A stretch of 46,682 nt of DNA from Thermoprotei archaeon. GTDB taxonomy: Archaea; Thermoproteota; Thermoprotei; Thermofilales; B20-G17. Position 1 is the first letter of the stretch, and the number at the start of each line of letters is the position of its first letter. Positions 19,554 through 28,564 of this stretch are shown here, piece by piece. The DNA lies in contig QMRW01000001.1 of assembly GCA_003650785.1 (NCBI GenBank), positions 1-46,682 of the forward strand. Reading direction: 5' to 3'. The notes beneath the pieces are model-generated. The model did not search any database. It was not told the origin of the DNA and was given only the letters and a program-made list of their open reading frames with translations. A program made the translations under genes and the position numbers.

Positions 19554-20941
19554 GAATTATGGTATCAAGAAGATCTGTACCAGTAAGGAAACTCAGTCTA
19601 GATAAAAGACTTAAAACCTTCGAGGAGGTTGTACTCGGCTATACAGAGAGTGAGGCTCTAGAGGAGGCTAAGAGATGTCTAAAATGTAAACTTGAGCCTT
19701 GTAGTAAAGCATGTCCACTGAATATAGACATCGCTAAGTTCGTAGAATATATAAAAGAGCGTAGGTTCAAGAAAGCTCTAGAGGTAATACTTGAAAAGAA
19801 TCCATTTCCCGCCATAACAGGTAGAGTATGCCCTCAGGAAGTCCTATGTCAAAGAGACTGCACCCTACGTAAGTTAGGAGATCCCCTAGCTATAGGTAAG
19901 CTCGAAAGATTCCTAGGTGACTATCAGATAGAGAATAATATCATGGATCTAAAGGTTCCGGAGAAGGTGAAAGGGAAAGTAGCTATAGTTGGATCAGGTC
20001 CAGCTGGACTTATGGGGGCGGTGGAACTAAGGAAGTTGGGTTACGAAGTGACAATATTTGAAGCTCTACATGAGGCGGGAGGAGTAATGGTCTACGGAAT
20101 ACCGGAATTTAGACTTCCAAGAAGAGTATTGAGATTCTACATAAATTACGTTAAAAAACTAGGAGTGAATATAGTACTCGATTCAGTAATTGGAAAAATA
20201 TTTACTATAGAAGAACTGTTGAGAGACTATGATGCTGTATTATTAGCCACAGGAGCAGGAACTCCTAAGTTCCTAAATATACCCGGAGAAGAGCTAAATG
20301 GTGTATACTCGGCTAATGAATTTCTTATAAGAATAAACCTAATGAAGGCATATAAATTTCCATACTATGATACCCCTATAAAGCTCGGGAAAAGAATAGC
20401 TGTCGTAGGCGGTGGTAATACAGCAATGGATGTATCGAGAATAGCTTTAAGATTAGGAGTAGAGGAGGTCATAGTACTATATAGGAGAACAGAAGCTGAA
20501 ATGCCTGCTAGAAGGGAGGAGGTCGAAAATGCAAAGGAGGAAGGAGTAAAGTTTATGCTCCTAACACAGCCAATAGCACTAATAGGCGATGAAAACGGAT
20601 GGGTTAGAAAGGTCAAGTGTATTAAAATGAAGCTAGGTAAACCCGATGCCAGTGGTAGACGTAGACCTATTCCCATACCAGGTTCAGAGTTCGATGTAGA
20701 AGTAGACAATGTTGTCATAGCCATAGGTGCTGAAGTAAACAAACTCATACAGAGAACTACTCCAGATCTAAAGGTCGATAGAAAAGGACATGTAATAGTG
20801 GATGAATACGGTAGAACTTCCATAGAAAGGGTATATGCAGCTGGAGATGTAGTTACAGGTGCGGCTACCGTGATAGAGGCTCTAGCAGCCGCTAAAAAAG
20901 TTGCACACACCATACACAGGGATCTCCACGGTGGGGACTAA
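19550..20941 (+). CDS. NfnB/SudA/GltD-like NADPH-dependent oxidoreductase large subunit
   Basis: N-terminal CLKCK..PCSKACP and GRVCPQE..C Fe-S motifs. Two Rossmann motifs, VAIVGSGPAG and VVGGGNTAMD. 4-nt overlap with the small subunit. Confidence 0.85.
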   Translation: MRIMVSRRSVPVRKLSLDKRLKTFEEVVLGYTESEALEEAKRCLKCKLEPCSKACPLNIDIAKFVEYIKERRFKKALEVILEKNPFPAITGRVCPQEVLCQRDCTLRKLGDPLAIGKLERFLGDYQIENNIMDLKVPEKVKGKVAIVGSGPAGLMGAVELRKLGYEVTIFEALHEAGGVMVYGIPEFRLPRRVLRFYINYVKKLGVNIVLDSVIGKIFTIEELLRDYDAVLLATGAGTPKFLNIPGEELNGVYSANEFLIRINLMKAYKFPYYDTPIKLGKRIAVVGGGNTAMDVSRIALRLGVEEVIVLYRRTEAEMPARREEVENAKEEGVKFMLLTQPIALIGDENGWVRKVKCIKMKLGKPDASGRRRPIPIPGSEFDVEVDNVVIAIGAEVNKLIQRTTPDLKVDRKGHVIVDEYGRTSIERVYAAGDVVTGAATVIEALAAAKKVAHTIHRDLHGGD

Positions 20942-21389
20942 AGATAGAGTAGGCTATGTATTTGTGTGAGTCTCTTCTCATTAAAGTCGAGGCCTCTGCA
21001 TTTAGGGTTTTATACTTTTTATTTGGATGAGATCTTACTACTGAAGTGTTTGACCTGAATGTCATTTTTAAGGTGATTTGTAGGGCTCCCTATTCCATCA
21101 TCCTATTGGACTCATTATCTGATGAGTCATTCCCTTAACTTAGAAAAGAAGTATTCAAGTCTATTACCTAAACAATTCATCCATAACTAAAATTTCTTAC
21201 AGAGTTTTTATAACAGAATTCTGTCGAACTTAATGTCCAGTATAAATCTTTTCAGTTTCGGACTGAGTTTAAAGTCTACTGTATTTATGACGGTAATCTC
21301 TTATGTCAAGGAATGTTTTCATGGTCTTAAATTTACTGAAATACTCAAGATTTATTAGTAATACTATAGCCCATCTTTAAGGCGGTAGT

Positions 21390-22499
21390 ATGAGTACCAT
21401 ATATATGATCGATTTCATACTTAAGGAGTTAAAAGCCGAGGCCAGTCCCGTAAATAAACTTAGGAAGCTACTGAGAACTACTGGAATAGAAGATGTTATT
21501 GAGAAAGGGGACTATGTAGCTGTTAAGATGCACCTAGGCTCTAGAGGAGGTTTTAGGATAATAAGACCGCCCTTTGTGAGAGAGGTAGTTGAGGAAGTTA
21601 AGTCTCTAGGAGCATATCCATTTATAACCGACACATGTAGACCACCCTCACTTGAATACCTAGAGATTGCTAACATAGAGGGTATAAATCCACTCTCTGT
21701 AGGTGCTCCTGTGATAATAGCCGACGGCCTTAGAGGTAATGACTTTAGAACTGTAAGTGTAAACGGAGAGGTTATTAAGGAAATAGAGGTAGCATCAGCT
21801 ATAGCGGAGGCGGATTCAATGATAGTACTAACTCATGTTAAGGGGCATAGGATGACAGGGTTTGGTGGAGCAATAAAGAACGTAGGTATGGGATGTGTCT
21901 CCAAAAAAGGAAAGAGAAGGGTACATGAAAAACTAGGTGGAGAGCCTCCTATGTGGATTGAAGAGAAATGCGATAAATGCAAAGCATGTGTAAAAACATG
22001 TGATCATGGTGCTATAAGTATGATTGGGGGAGTAATAGAAATAGATACGGAGAAATGTGTGAAGTGCTATAGATGTGTGTGGATATGCCCCAATAGAGCG
22101 TTAGTATGGTCCCCTATAGGGATAGATAGATTCATAAAAGCTCTAATAGAGGCCACTGCAGCTGTACTAAGCACATTTGAAAGGAACAAAGTGATGTTTT
22201 TAAACTTCGTATGCGATGTTACCTTTGCATGTGACTGCCCTCCTTGGTCTACTAATCCTATAATTCCAGATAGAGGTATTTTAGCCTCTAGAGATATAGT
22301 CGCCATAGACAAAGCCTCATTAGATCTAATAGATAAATGTGAAGGTATACCTGGTCAAATAGGTCCAGGAAAAATACGTAGTATACCCAAGGGCATATCT
22401 AAATTTCTCGAAATCCATGGTATAGATCCCTATCTTCAAGTAAAGTACGCTGAAGATTTAGGATTAGGAAATAGTAAATACGAACTATACAAATTATAA
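21390..22499 (+). CDS. DUF362-family protein with inserted 2x[4Fe-4S] ferredoxin domain (paralog of 7406-8521)
   Basis: VAVKMHLGS, FITDT, IIADGL and FGGAIKNVGMGC, plus CDKCKACVKTC and CVKCYRCVWICP. Collinear with the other copy. Confidence 0.75.
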   Translation: MSTIYMIDFILKELKAEASPVNKLRKLLRTTGIEDVIEKGDYVAVKMHLGSRGGFRIIRPPFVREVVEEVKSLGAYPFITDTCRPPSLEYLEIANIEGINPLSVGAPVIIADGLRGNDFRTVSVNGEVIKEIEVASAIAEADSMIVLTHVKGHRMTGFGGAIKNVGMGCVSKKGKRRVHEKLGGEPPMWIEEKCDKCKACVKTCDHGAISMIGGVIEIDTEKCVKCYRCVWICPNRALVWSPIGIDRFIKALIEATAAVLSTFERNKVMFLNFVCDVTFACDCPPWSTNPIIPDRGILASRDIVAIDKASLDLIDKCEGIPGQIGPGKIRSIPKGISKFLEIHGIDPYLQVKYAEDLGLGNSKYELYKL

Positions 22500-22620
22500 A
22501 TGCATGACCGAAAACCTAGTGCTCTAACCTAGTACATTGTAGACCCACACCTTAAAGTATAGCTAGATGAAGAGACTAAAGTGATATATGGTATTTTGAG
22601 TTCTCTATGCTCTGTATAAC

Positions 22621-22630
22621 TTTATATATA
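22621..22630 (+). promoter_or_regulatory. TATA-like box upstream of the DUF59 gene
   Basis: TTTATATATA 27-36 nt upstream of the ATG at 22657. Confidence 0.35.
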
Positions 22631-22656
22631 GCTGAGTGGTGTTATAGTGTGATTAG

Positions 22657-22968
22657 ATGGTTAAAGTAACTAGAGATGATGTAATCAATAAATTGAAAGA
22701 AGTTTACGATCCTGAAATCCCTATAGTAAACATAGTAGACCTAGGATTAATTTATAATGTCGATGTGAGTGAGGAGGGAGATGTGCATATCAAGATGACT
22801 ATGACTACACCTATGTGTCCTATGGCGGGATTTATCCTAAAGTACGTAGAAAACGAAGTGAAAAGAATTCCGGGAGTTAGAAATGTGTCCGTAGAACTGG
22901 TTTGGGATCCTCCATGGACCCCTGAGAGAATGTCTGAGAAAGCTAAAAGACTTCTGGGTCTTAAATAA
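22657..22968 (+). CDS. DUF59/MIP18-family Fe-S cluster assembly factor (SufT/PaaD-like)
   Basis: VYDPEIPIVNIVDLGLIY and MTMTTPMCPMAG motifs; 103 aa. Confidence 0.8.
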   Translation: MVKVTRDDVINKLKEVYDPEIPIVNIVDLGLIYNVDVSEEGDVHIKMTMTTPMCPMAGFILKYVENEVKRIPGVRNVSVELVWDPPWTPERMSEKAKRLLGLK

Positions 22969-22973
22969 ATGAA

Positions 22974-24029
22974 CTAGTATAGCTCATTTAACTTACAGTC
23001 TAACATCCGTATACAATTAATTATTGCCTTTTTCTGCCAGTCTTCTAGCACATTTTCCTTTGTATGTATTTCTAGTAATCTCTTAGCAATTCTCTTGCTA
23101 TTCTTCAAATGGACTCTTACGTCTCCTGGTTCGTATTCAATACCAGTAAGCAGTAGATCCTGTCTAGCAGACCAGTCACCGGGCTGATCCATACCCGGTA
23201 CGTAGTATGGTAAGCATTTTCTGAGGATTTTCTCAGAAGTAATAGCTCCTAGAAACTTAGTACCTAGTCCTGCTGTATAGTAACTTTCATCTATACCATA
23301 GAGCACCATGTCGTACTCATTGTATGCTAGGGATGCTATATCAACTAGGGCTATAGCATAAACTCTCCGGATACCTAGTTTAGAGATTTCCTTAGTTATT
23401 CTACGTAGAGCTGATAGTGTCATAAAACCATAGAGTACTAGCTCCTCAACCTTCGTATCAATAGATCTGCATACTTTTATTAATTCTCTAAGTGAAGTTA
23501 CTGAGGTCCTACCTGTGGCCTCTGTATCAGGCTTCAGTAGTAATACACTCTCGCCCTTAGGTAGGCTACTAAAATCCGTGTAAATTACCTCTAGCCGACG
23601 TACTGCTAGATGGTTCCTAAAGGATGGTTCTATGTATCTGGGCCTCAGATAGACTTCACTCAAATCATATCCACTATTAGTAAGTGCTTTGTGGAGCACA
23701 TAGCCAGGTCCTGCTCTGAGGACATGCTGAAAAACTATTCTGCCTTCCCACTCTTTAAGATGAACTATAGTCTCTATTAAGTCTACAATTTTCATAGCTA
23801 ATTTCTCATTCAATTTCAGGAAATCGCTACCTACTACATAAGGTTTACATGCCAACGATATAGCCTCGTATGAATCAACTATATAAGTTTCACATGAGTT
23901 AAGTGTATAGTTCTTTACATAGTAGAGTGTCATATCATTCTTAGAGATTACCTCCTCTATACCATCCACATTTACATTAAAAGTTTCAATTACATACTCT
24001 AGTTCCCTATCTCCTATTTTGATCTCCAA
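22974..24029 (-). CDS. divergent uracil-phosphoribosyltransferase-fold (type I PRTase-like) protein with extra N- and C-terminal regions
   Basis: The order HVLRAGPGY ... LPKGESVLLLKPDTEATGRTS ... YYVPGMDQPGDWSAR parallels the UPRTase motifs ILRAG / DPMLATGGS / PGLGDAGDR, but degenerate. TTG start. Confidence 0.45.
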   Translation of the reverse strand: MEIKIGDRELEYVIETFNVNVDGIEEVISKNDMTLYYVKNYTLNSCETYIVDSYEAISLACKPYVVGSDFLKLNEKLAMKIVDLIETIVHLKEWEGRIVFQHVLRAGPGYVLHKALTNSGYDLSEVYLRPRYIEPSFRNHLAVRRLEVIYTDFSSLPKGESVLLLKPDTEATGRTSVTSLRELIKVCRSIDTKVEELVLYGFMTLSALRRITKEISKLGIRRVYAIALVDIASLAYNEYDMVLYGIDESYYTAGLGTKFLGAITSEKILRKCLPYYVPGMDQPGDWSARQDLLLTGIEYEPGDVRVHLKNSKRIAKRLLEIHTKENVLEDWQKKAIINCIRMLDCKLNELY

Positions 24030-24078
24030 GGTTTCACCATCGAATTATAGACATTGGGAATAAAAGCTTCTTGTCCGG

Positions 24079-25089
24079 CTAATCCGTACGTGATATAAAG
24101 TATACATGTCTTCTACTATCTCTTGCATCCGGCATTTTAGCTACTAGTCCATTCTTGGATAGTATAGAGATAGCATATCTTACAGTTCTTAACGGTAGCA
24201 TGCTTTTATCTGCTATCTCTTTTTGAGTTAGTGGTCCTTCGTATTCCAGGATCTTATAGACTAGTTTGGCACTTGGGGGCATCTTCAGAAGTTCTTCAGC
24301 TAATTTAATCTTCTTGTATAACCTACTACTTATACCTAGTACTTTATCGAAGGTAATCATATTTACTCTTCTTCTTAGTGTGCATATTTTGATCTCCTCA
24401 CCTACAGGAACTCTATCTATACCATCAGCTATCACCTCCACTTTAGAGCTACTATGAATAGCTCTTATAGTTACAATAGCATTACTAGGGATAATAAGTG
24501 ACCTTCTAGAGGGATCGAGGGAATTTACTGGAGTGGTTATCAGTGCGTCTACTGTTGGTAGCATAAGAGGCCCACCTGCTGAGAGAGAGTAGGCTGTAGA
24601 TCCTATAGGTGTTGCTACAATTATACCGTCTCCGTGATCTCTCCATATGAATTCGTCGTTTACAAGTAGTTCATATTCCATTAGTGTAGCACTTCTGCTA
24701 GGGAATACTGCAATCTCATTAAGTGCCTTAATGTCAATTCTTCCATCTATATTAGCACTTAGTACTTGTAGTGGTTCTATTCTATACTCATTCTTTAATA
24801 ACCTATCTATGACGGTATTCAACTCTCTCGCTGGTATAGATGTTAAAAATCCTCCATTCTCCAGTACACTTACTGTTAATATGGGAGTTTCTGGAAAGTT
24901 AAGCCTATGTAGCATTTTGAGTACTGTACGATCAGTTCCCACAATAAATATGAAGTCGTATTTCAGTGGATCTATTCCATCTCTTATAAAATCTACTTTC
25001 ATATTATGCTCTAGTATCGTCTTTTTGATTTCTTTCTCGAGCTTACTATAGTACTCGGTACATAGTAGTACCCTACGTTTCGTATTCAT
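24079..25089 (-). CDS. nadK: NAD(+) kinase fused to a C-terminal winged-helix (MarR/TrmB-like) domain
   Basis: IFIVGTDRTVL (GGDG-type motif), NEIAV and ATPIGSTAYSLSAGGP. The last ~70 aa, KLVYKILEYEGPLTQKEIADKSMLPLRTVRYAISILSKNGLV, look like a wHTH. Confidence 0.85.
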   Translation of the reverse strand: MNTKRRVLLCTEYYSKLEKEIKKTILEHNMKVDFIRDGIDPLKYDFIFIVGTDRTVLKMLHRLNFPETPILTVSVLENGGFLTSIPARELNTVIDRLLKNEYRIEPLQVLSANIDGRIDIKALNEIAVFPSRSATLMEYELLVNDEFIWRDHGDGIIVATPIGSTAYSLSAGGPLMLPTVDALITTPVNSLDPSRRSLIIPSNAIVTIRAIHSSSKVEVIADGIDRVPVGEEIKICTLRRRVNMITFDKVLGISSRLYKKIKLAEELLKMPPSAKLVYKILEYEGPLTQKEIADKSMLPLRTVRYAISILSKNGLVAKMPDARDSRRHVYFISRTD

Positions 25090-25296
25090 GTCAATACCTC
25101 GAGTACAAATAGTAACCTCGCTCTATGTTCATGTTCCACTATCTAATATGCTTATTCCTTTTAAGAGTGATAAAATGGAGTTCATCGAGAGGAGTATGAG
25201 TAGGAATGTAAATGTCTACAGGGTAAGATATCACTATCACCACATCTTTGAAGAAAAAGCTATTAGGATTACGAATGCTATTAATAGGGTATCAGC

Positions 25297-26283
25297 ATGA
25301 GTACAAAGTTCTCTGTTGGAATATGGGCTTTAGGTCCTTGTGCAGAGAGATTCGTACCAACTGGTTACAGACCTGAGATTCCCATAGCTGAGCGCTTTAA
25401 AATGCTTTCTCAAATTGAAGACCTAAGGGGTGTTGAACTGCACTATCCAACAGAGGTTCCCTCAATTGAGGAGGTAGAAGAGCTGAGTAAGAAATATAAT
25501 CTTGCAGTAGTGGCACTACCAGTCCACTTATTTAATAAGCCAAAGTGGAAGTATGGAAGCTTATCAGCTCCAGATGAGAAAACTAGAAGAGAGGCTATTG
25601 AACTTATCAAAGAGACCATGGATGTAGCAAAGAAATTCAACAGTATTGTAATAATATGGCCTGGACAGGATGGATTCGACTATCCATTCCAGGTAGATTA
25701 CAGAGAACACTATAAGAACTTTGTAGAAGGACTCAAAGAATGTTGTGAATACAGACCTGAAGTAAAAATAGCGCTAGAGTATAAGATGACAGAGCCTAGA
25801 CTAAGGATACTAGCTGGTACTATAGGAATTTGCCTTACAATAGTAGAGGATGTAGGTTACGATAATTTAGGAATAAATATAGATGTTGGACATGCCCTCC
25901 TAGCTTATGAAAATATGGCTCAAGCTATAACTTTAGCAGCTATGAAGGGTAAGTTATTCCACATACACTTAAATGACTGTTTTAGGAGGACTGACGATGA
26001 CTTAATAGTAGGCTCTGTACACTTCTGGGAGACTCTAGAACTATTTTACTGGTTGAAAGAAGTAAAGTATGATGGATGGTACTCGCTAGATCTATTTCCA
26101 TATAGAGAGGATCCCATAGAGGCTGTCAGACAGAGTATAGAGAATATCAAGTTCTTCATGAAACTAGTTGAAGTAATCGACAGAAGAAAGGATGAGCTCA
26201 GAGAAGTATTTAGAACATATAATGCTATTAGGGGAGTTAGATTCCTTTGGAGTGTTCTTAAAGAGGCAGTAAAGGAGAGTTAG
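25297..26283 (+). CDS. xylose-isomerase-like TIM-barrel sugar isomerase (collinear with class I XylA but shorter)
   Basis: FSVGIWALGP (compare FGLWTVG), IALEYKMTEPR (compare IEPKPNEPR), NIDVGHA (compare NPEVGHE), GKLFHIHLND (compare GKLFHIDLN). Confidence 0.7.
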   Translation: MSTKFSVGIWALGPCAERFVPTGYRPEIPIAERFKMLSQIEDLRGVELHYPTEVPSIEEVEELSKKYNLAVVALPVHLFNKPKWKYGSLSAPDEKTRREAIELIKETMDVAKKFNSIVIIWPGQDGFDYPFQVDYREHYKNFVEGLKECCEYRPEVKIALEYKMTEPRLRILAGTIGICLTIVEDVGYDNLGINIDVGHALLAYENMAQAITLAAMKGKLFHIHLNDCFRRTDDDLIVGSVHFWETLELFYWLKEVKYDGWYSLDLFPYREDPIEAVRQSIENIKFFMKLVEVIDRRKDELREVFRTYNAIRGVRFLWSVLKEAVKES

Positions 26284-26306
26284 AAGGGAGTTCGATTAAT
26301 AACTTA

Positions 26307-26313
26307 TTTTTTT
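26307..26313 (+). terminator. oligo-T run downstream of the isomerase gene
   Basis: T7 run 24 nt after the stop at 26281-26283, in a convergent spacer. Archaeal terminators are oligo-T tracts. Confidence 0.3.
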
Positions 26314-26348
26314 AGAGTTTCAACTCAGTTCCCGTGTTGAAAGACAGC

Positions 26349-27386
26349 TTATACAGGCTTTAGGAGAAAGAGTGGGAAGAGTGGTTTTAATTGCTTTTTA
26401 ACTAATTTAAAACTAGCTTCTCTAAACCAGGTCATAAGCTCATCAAGTGTAGGAAGAAGTTTCGCACCCATTAGGTATACGACAATATGTCCCTTATGGA
26501 ATTCTGGAGCTATTGTTTGCATAATGCAAAACCTTCCTTGAGCTTTGAGTAACATTCTCACATTCTTCAACAGTACTGGAGGTTCGTCACACCAGTGGAG
26601 TACGTTTATCATAAAAGCTGCGTCGAAAACTCTTTTCCCCAAGTATTTTATCATATTCTCTCCTTTACATGGGAAGAACTCTACTCTATCCACATCTAAG
26701 CCCATGACCCGTATGTAATGTCTAGCTATTTCAAGAGATACACTGTCAGGATCCACAGCTACTACTCTCGTTTTTGTGAACTTTAGTAAGACAGCTGTAG
26801 ACAATCCCATACCTGCTCCTACGTCAAGTACAATACTATTTTCTGGTAACTTATTGAAGCCAGCCCACATCACTGCATATGAGCGTAGTAGCATGTAGCC
26901 CGAAGCTTCCAGGAACTTTAGAAAGATCGACTTGGATTCCCTCCTTAACCACATGTATTTCTTTTCTCCAGTTTCAAGACAGTGAGGTAAAGTCTCTATG
27001 ACTCGATCAATTATAGGAATTATCTCGTTGACATACCTACTAGATACGGATGGTGAATTAGGCGACGGAAGTTTAATAAAGTATATGTAGTCTCCCCTCT
27101 GTCTTACATATCCTCCGGCCTTCAGAGTCTCTATTGTAATAACTACGGTATCCCTATGATACTTGCTTAAGAGATCCGGAATTCTTGCGTACCTCTTTCC
27201 CTCTTTAAGTTTGAAAGCATCGTCTAACCATCCAGAATCTTCTAATATACTTGCTGTCTTCCACTGTATATATCTCATGGATTCTTTAATCGCTTTTCTA
27301 ATCTCCCTATAGGGTATTACTAGAATTGCTCTCTCAGGAGTCCCTGGTATCAGTGTCTTTATGAAGAACTTAAGTGGTATTGGCAT
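26349..27386 (-). CDS. class I SAM-dependent methyltransferase with N-terminal winged-helix-like domain
   Basis: VLDVGAGMGLST (motif I), VVAVDPD (motif II). The N-terminal ~110 aa look wHTH-like, as in O-methyltransferase dimerisation domains. Confidence 0.7.
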   Translation of the reverse strand: MPIPLKFFIKTLIPGTPERAILVIPYREIRKAIKESMRYIQWKTASILEDSGWLDDAFKLKEGKRYARIPDLLSKYHRDTVVITIETLKAGGYVRQRGDYIYFIKLPSPNSPSVSSRYVNEIIPIIDRVIETLPHCLETGEKKYMWLRRESKSIFLKFLEASGYMLLRSYAVMWAGFNKLPENSIVLDVGAGMGLSTAVLLKFTKTRVVAVDPDSVSLEIARHYIRVMGLDVDRVEFFPCKGENMIKYLGKRVFDAAFMINVLHWCDEPPVLLKNVRMLLKAQGRFCIMQTIAPEFHKGHIVVYLMGAKLLPTLDELMTWFREASFKLVKKQLKPLFPLFLLKPV

Positions 27387-27642
27387 TGTTCCAGAGCCTC
27401 CAATATCTAAACAATTTAATTCAATAAATAATCTTCCTAATAAATTCGATTATCGGACATTTCTTTTTCACCATTTTCTTCACTGTAGATATCGTACACA
27501 GGCTCTTCATGTCGATTACATACAAAATGGATTTACATTCCCTCATCGATTACGTGAATTCTATGACATAGATAGATATGATAGAAGTGCAGTGATAATA
27601 TTGAAGTATGTAAATTCTCTAATTATAGTGAGGTACAGGGAT

Positions 27643-28551
27643 ATGACAGTATTTAGACTAGGTGTTAACAACTGTTTTGCAGTAAAGCGTTGGCCTGAAC
27701 CTAGAGCTTGGACTGAAATAGTAGCTACTAAATTAGATGTTAAGTACGTTCAATTCTCATTCGATTTACTAGATCCTAGATCAAAGGATCCTGCACTCAC
27801 ATCTATGATTACTGAAATCAGGGACACTATCAGAGACTATGGCATAGTGATACATAGTACATTCACAGGCTTAGCTGCGTATAGCTTTAATCTGCTCATG
27901 CATCCTAACCCGCTAATGAGATACGACGCACTAGACTGGTATATATCGGCTATAAGAGCTACTAAAGAGATGGGAGTAGAGAGTACGGGAGGACACCTAG
28001 CTGCTATGAGCTGGGAGTACTTCATTGATGACACAAAGAGAAAGTACATAACCGAAATACTCCTGGAGAATATACGACTGTTATCCCATGCAGCTAGATC
28101 CTACGGATTAAAGTCGATATTATGGGAGCCTATGCCCGTAGTCAGAGAGCCTCCCTACACTATTAACGGAGCCAAGATCCTATTAAGGAGAGCCAATGAG
28201 AAAGCTGGAGTTCCTGTAAAGCTATGTATAGACTTAGGGCACTCATGTGCTTGGAAATATGAATCTAAAAGAGATCTAGATCCCTATGCTTGGCTTGAGG
28301 AACTGGGCTCGGAGTCTCCTGTTATACATGTACAGCAAACTGATGGAAAGGCTGATAGACATTGGCCCTTCACAGAGGAATACAACAAAATGGGAATAAT
28401 AAAACCTGATAAAGTACTAGAGGCAATTGAGAGATCGGGAGCAGAAGAGGTACTATTAGCTCTGGAGATAATACACCCATTCGAGGAGAGAGAAGAAAAA
28501 GTCTTAAATGATATGATAGAGAGCGTAAGATATTGGAAAGAATATGTATAA
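27643..28551 (+). CDS. sugar phosphate isomerase/epimerase (xylose-isomerase-like TIM barrel, AP_endonuc_2 fold)
   Basis: From ATG 27643: MTVFRLGVNNCFAVKRWPEP..., later LWEPMP, CIDLGHS and IHVQQTDG, which resemble the Glu/Asp/His metal-ligand motifs of this fold. The 5' extension to 27361 lies in the divergent promoter and looks non-coding. Confidence 0.6.
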   Translation: MTVFRLGVNNCFAVKRWPEPRAWTEIVATKLDVKYVQFSFDLLDPRSKDPALTSMITEIRDTIRDYGIVIHSTFTGLAAYSFNLLMHPNPLMRYDALDWYISAIRATKEMGVESTGGHLAAMSWEYFIDDTKRKYITEILLENIRLLSHAARSYGLKSILWEPMPVVREPPYTINGAKILLRRANEKAGVPVKLCIDLGHSCAWKYESKRDLDPYAWLEELGSESPVIHVQQTDGKADRHWPFTEEYNKMGIIKPDKVLEAIERSGAEEVLLALEIIHPFEEREEKVLNDMIESVRYWKEYV

Positions 28552-28563
28552 TTTTTGAAAAAA
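28552..28563. terminator. bidirectional oligo-T element between convergent genes
   Basis: TTTTTGAAAAAA lies directly between the stop at 28549-28551 (+) and the stop at 28565-28567 (-). It gives T5 on the + strand and T6 on the - strand. Confidence 0.35.
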
Positions 28564-28564
28564 T

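Noticed and set aside
21109-21128. CTGATGAG within a hairpin, reminiscent of the hammerhead ribozyme core.
   Set aside because: It is only a simple 7-bp inverted repeat. I found no GAAA box, cleavage-site helix or three-way junction nearby.
25088-25300. 70-aa ORF spanning the divergent spacer between nadK and the isomerase gene.
   Set aside because: It overlaps both neighbouring start codons and covers what should be two promoters. The composition is not convincing.
27361-27642. 5' extension of the 27361-28551 ORF.
   Set aside because: The extension overlaps the methyltransferase start on the other strand and is AT-rich promoter-like sequence. The TIM-barrel homology begins at the internal ATG at 27643.
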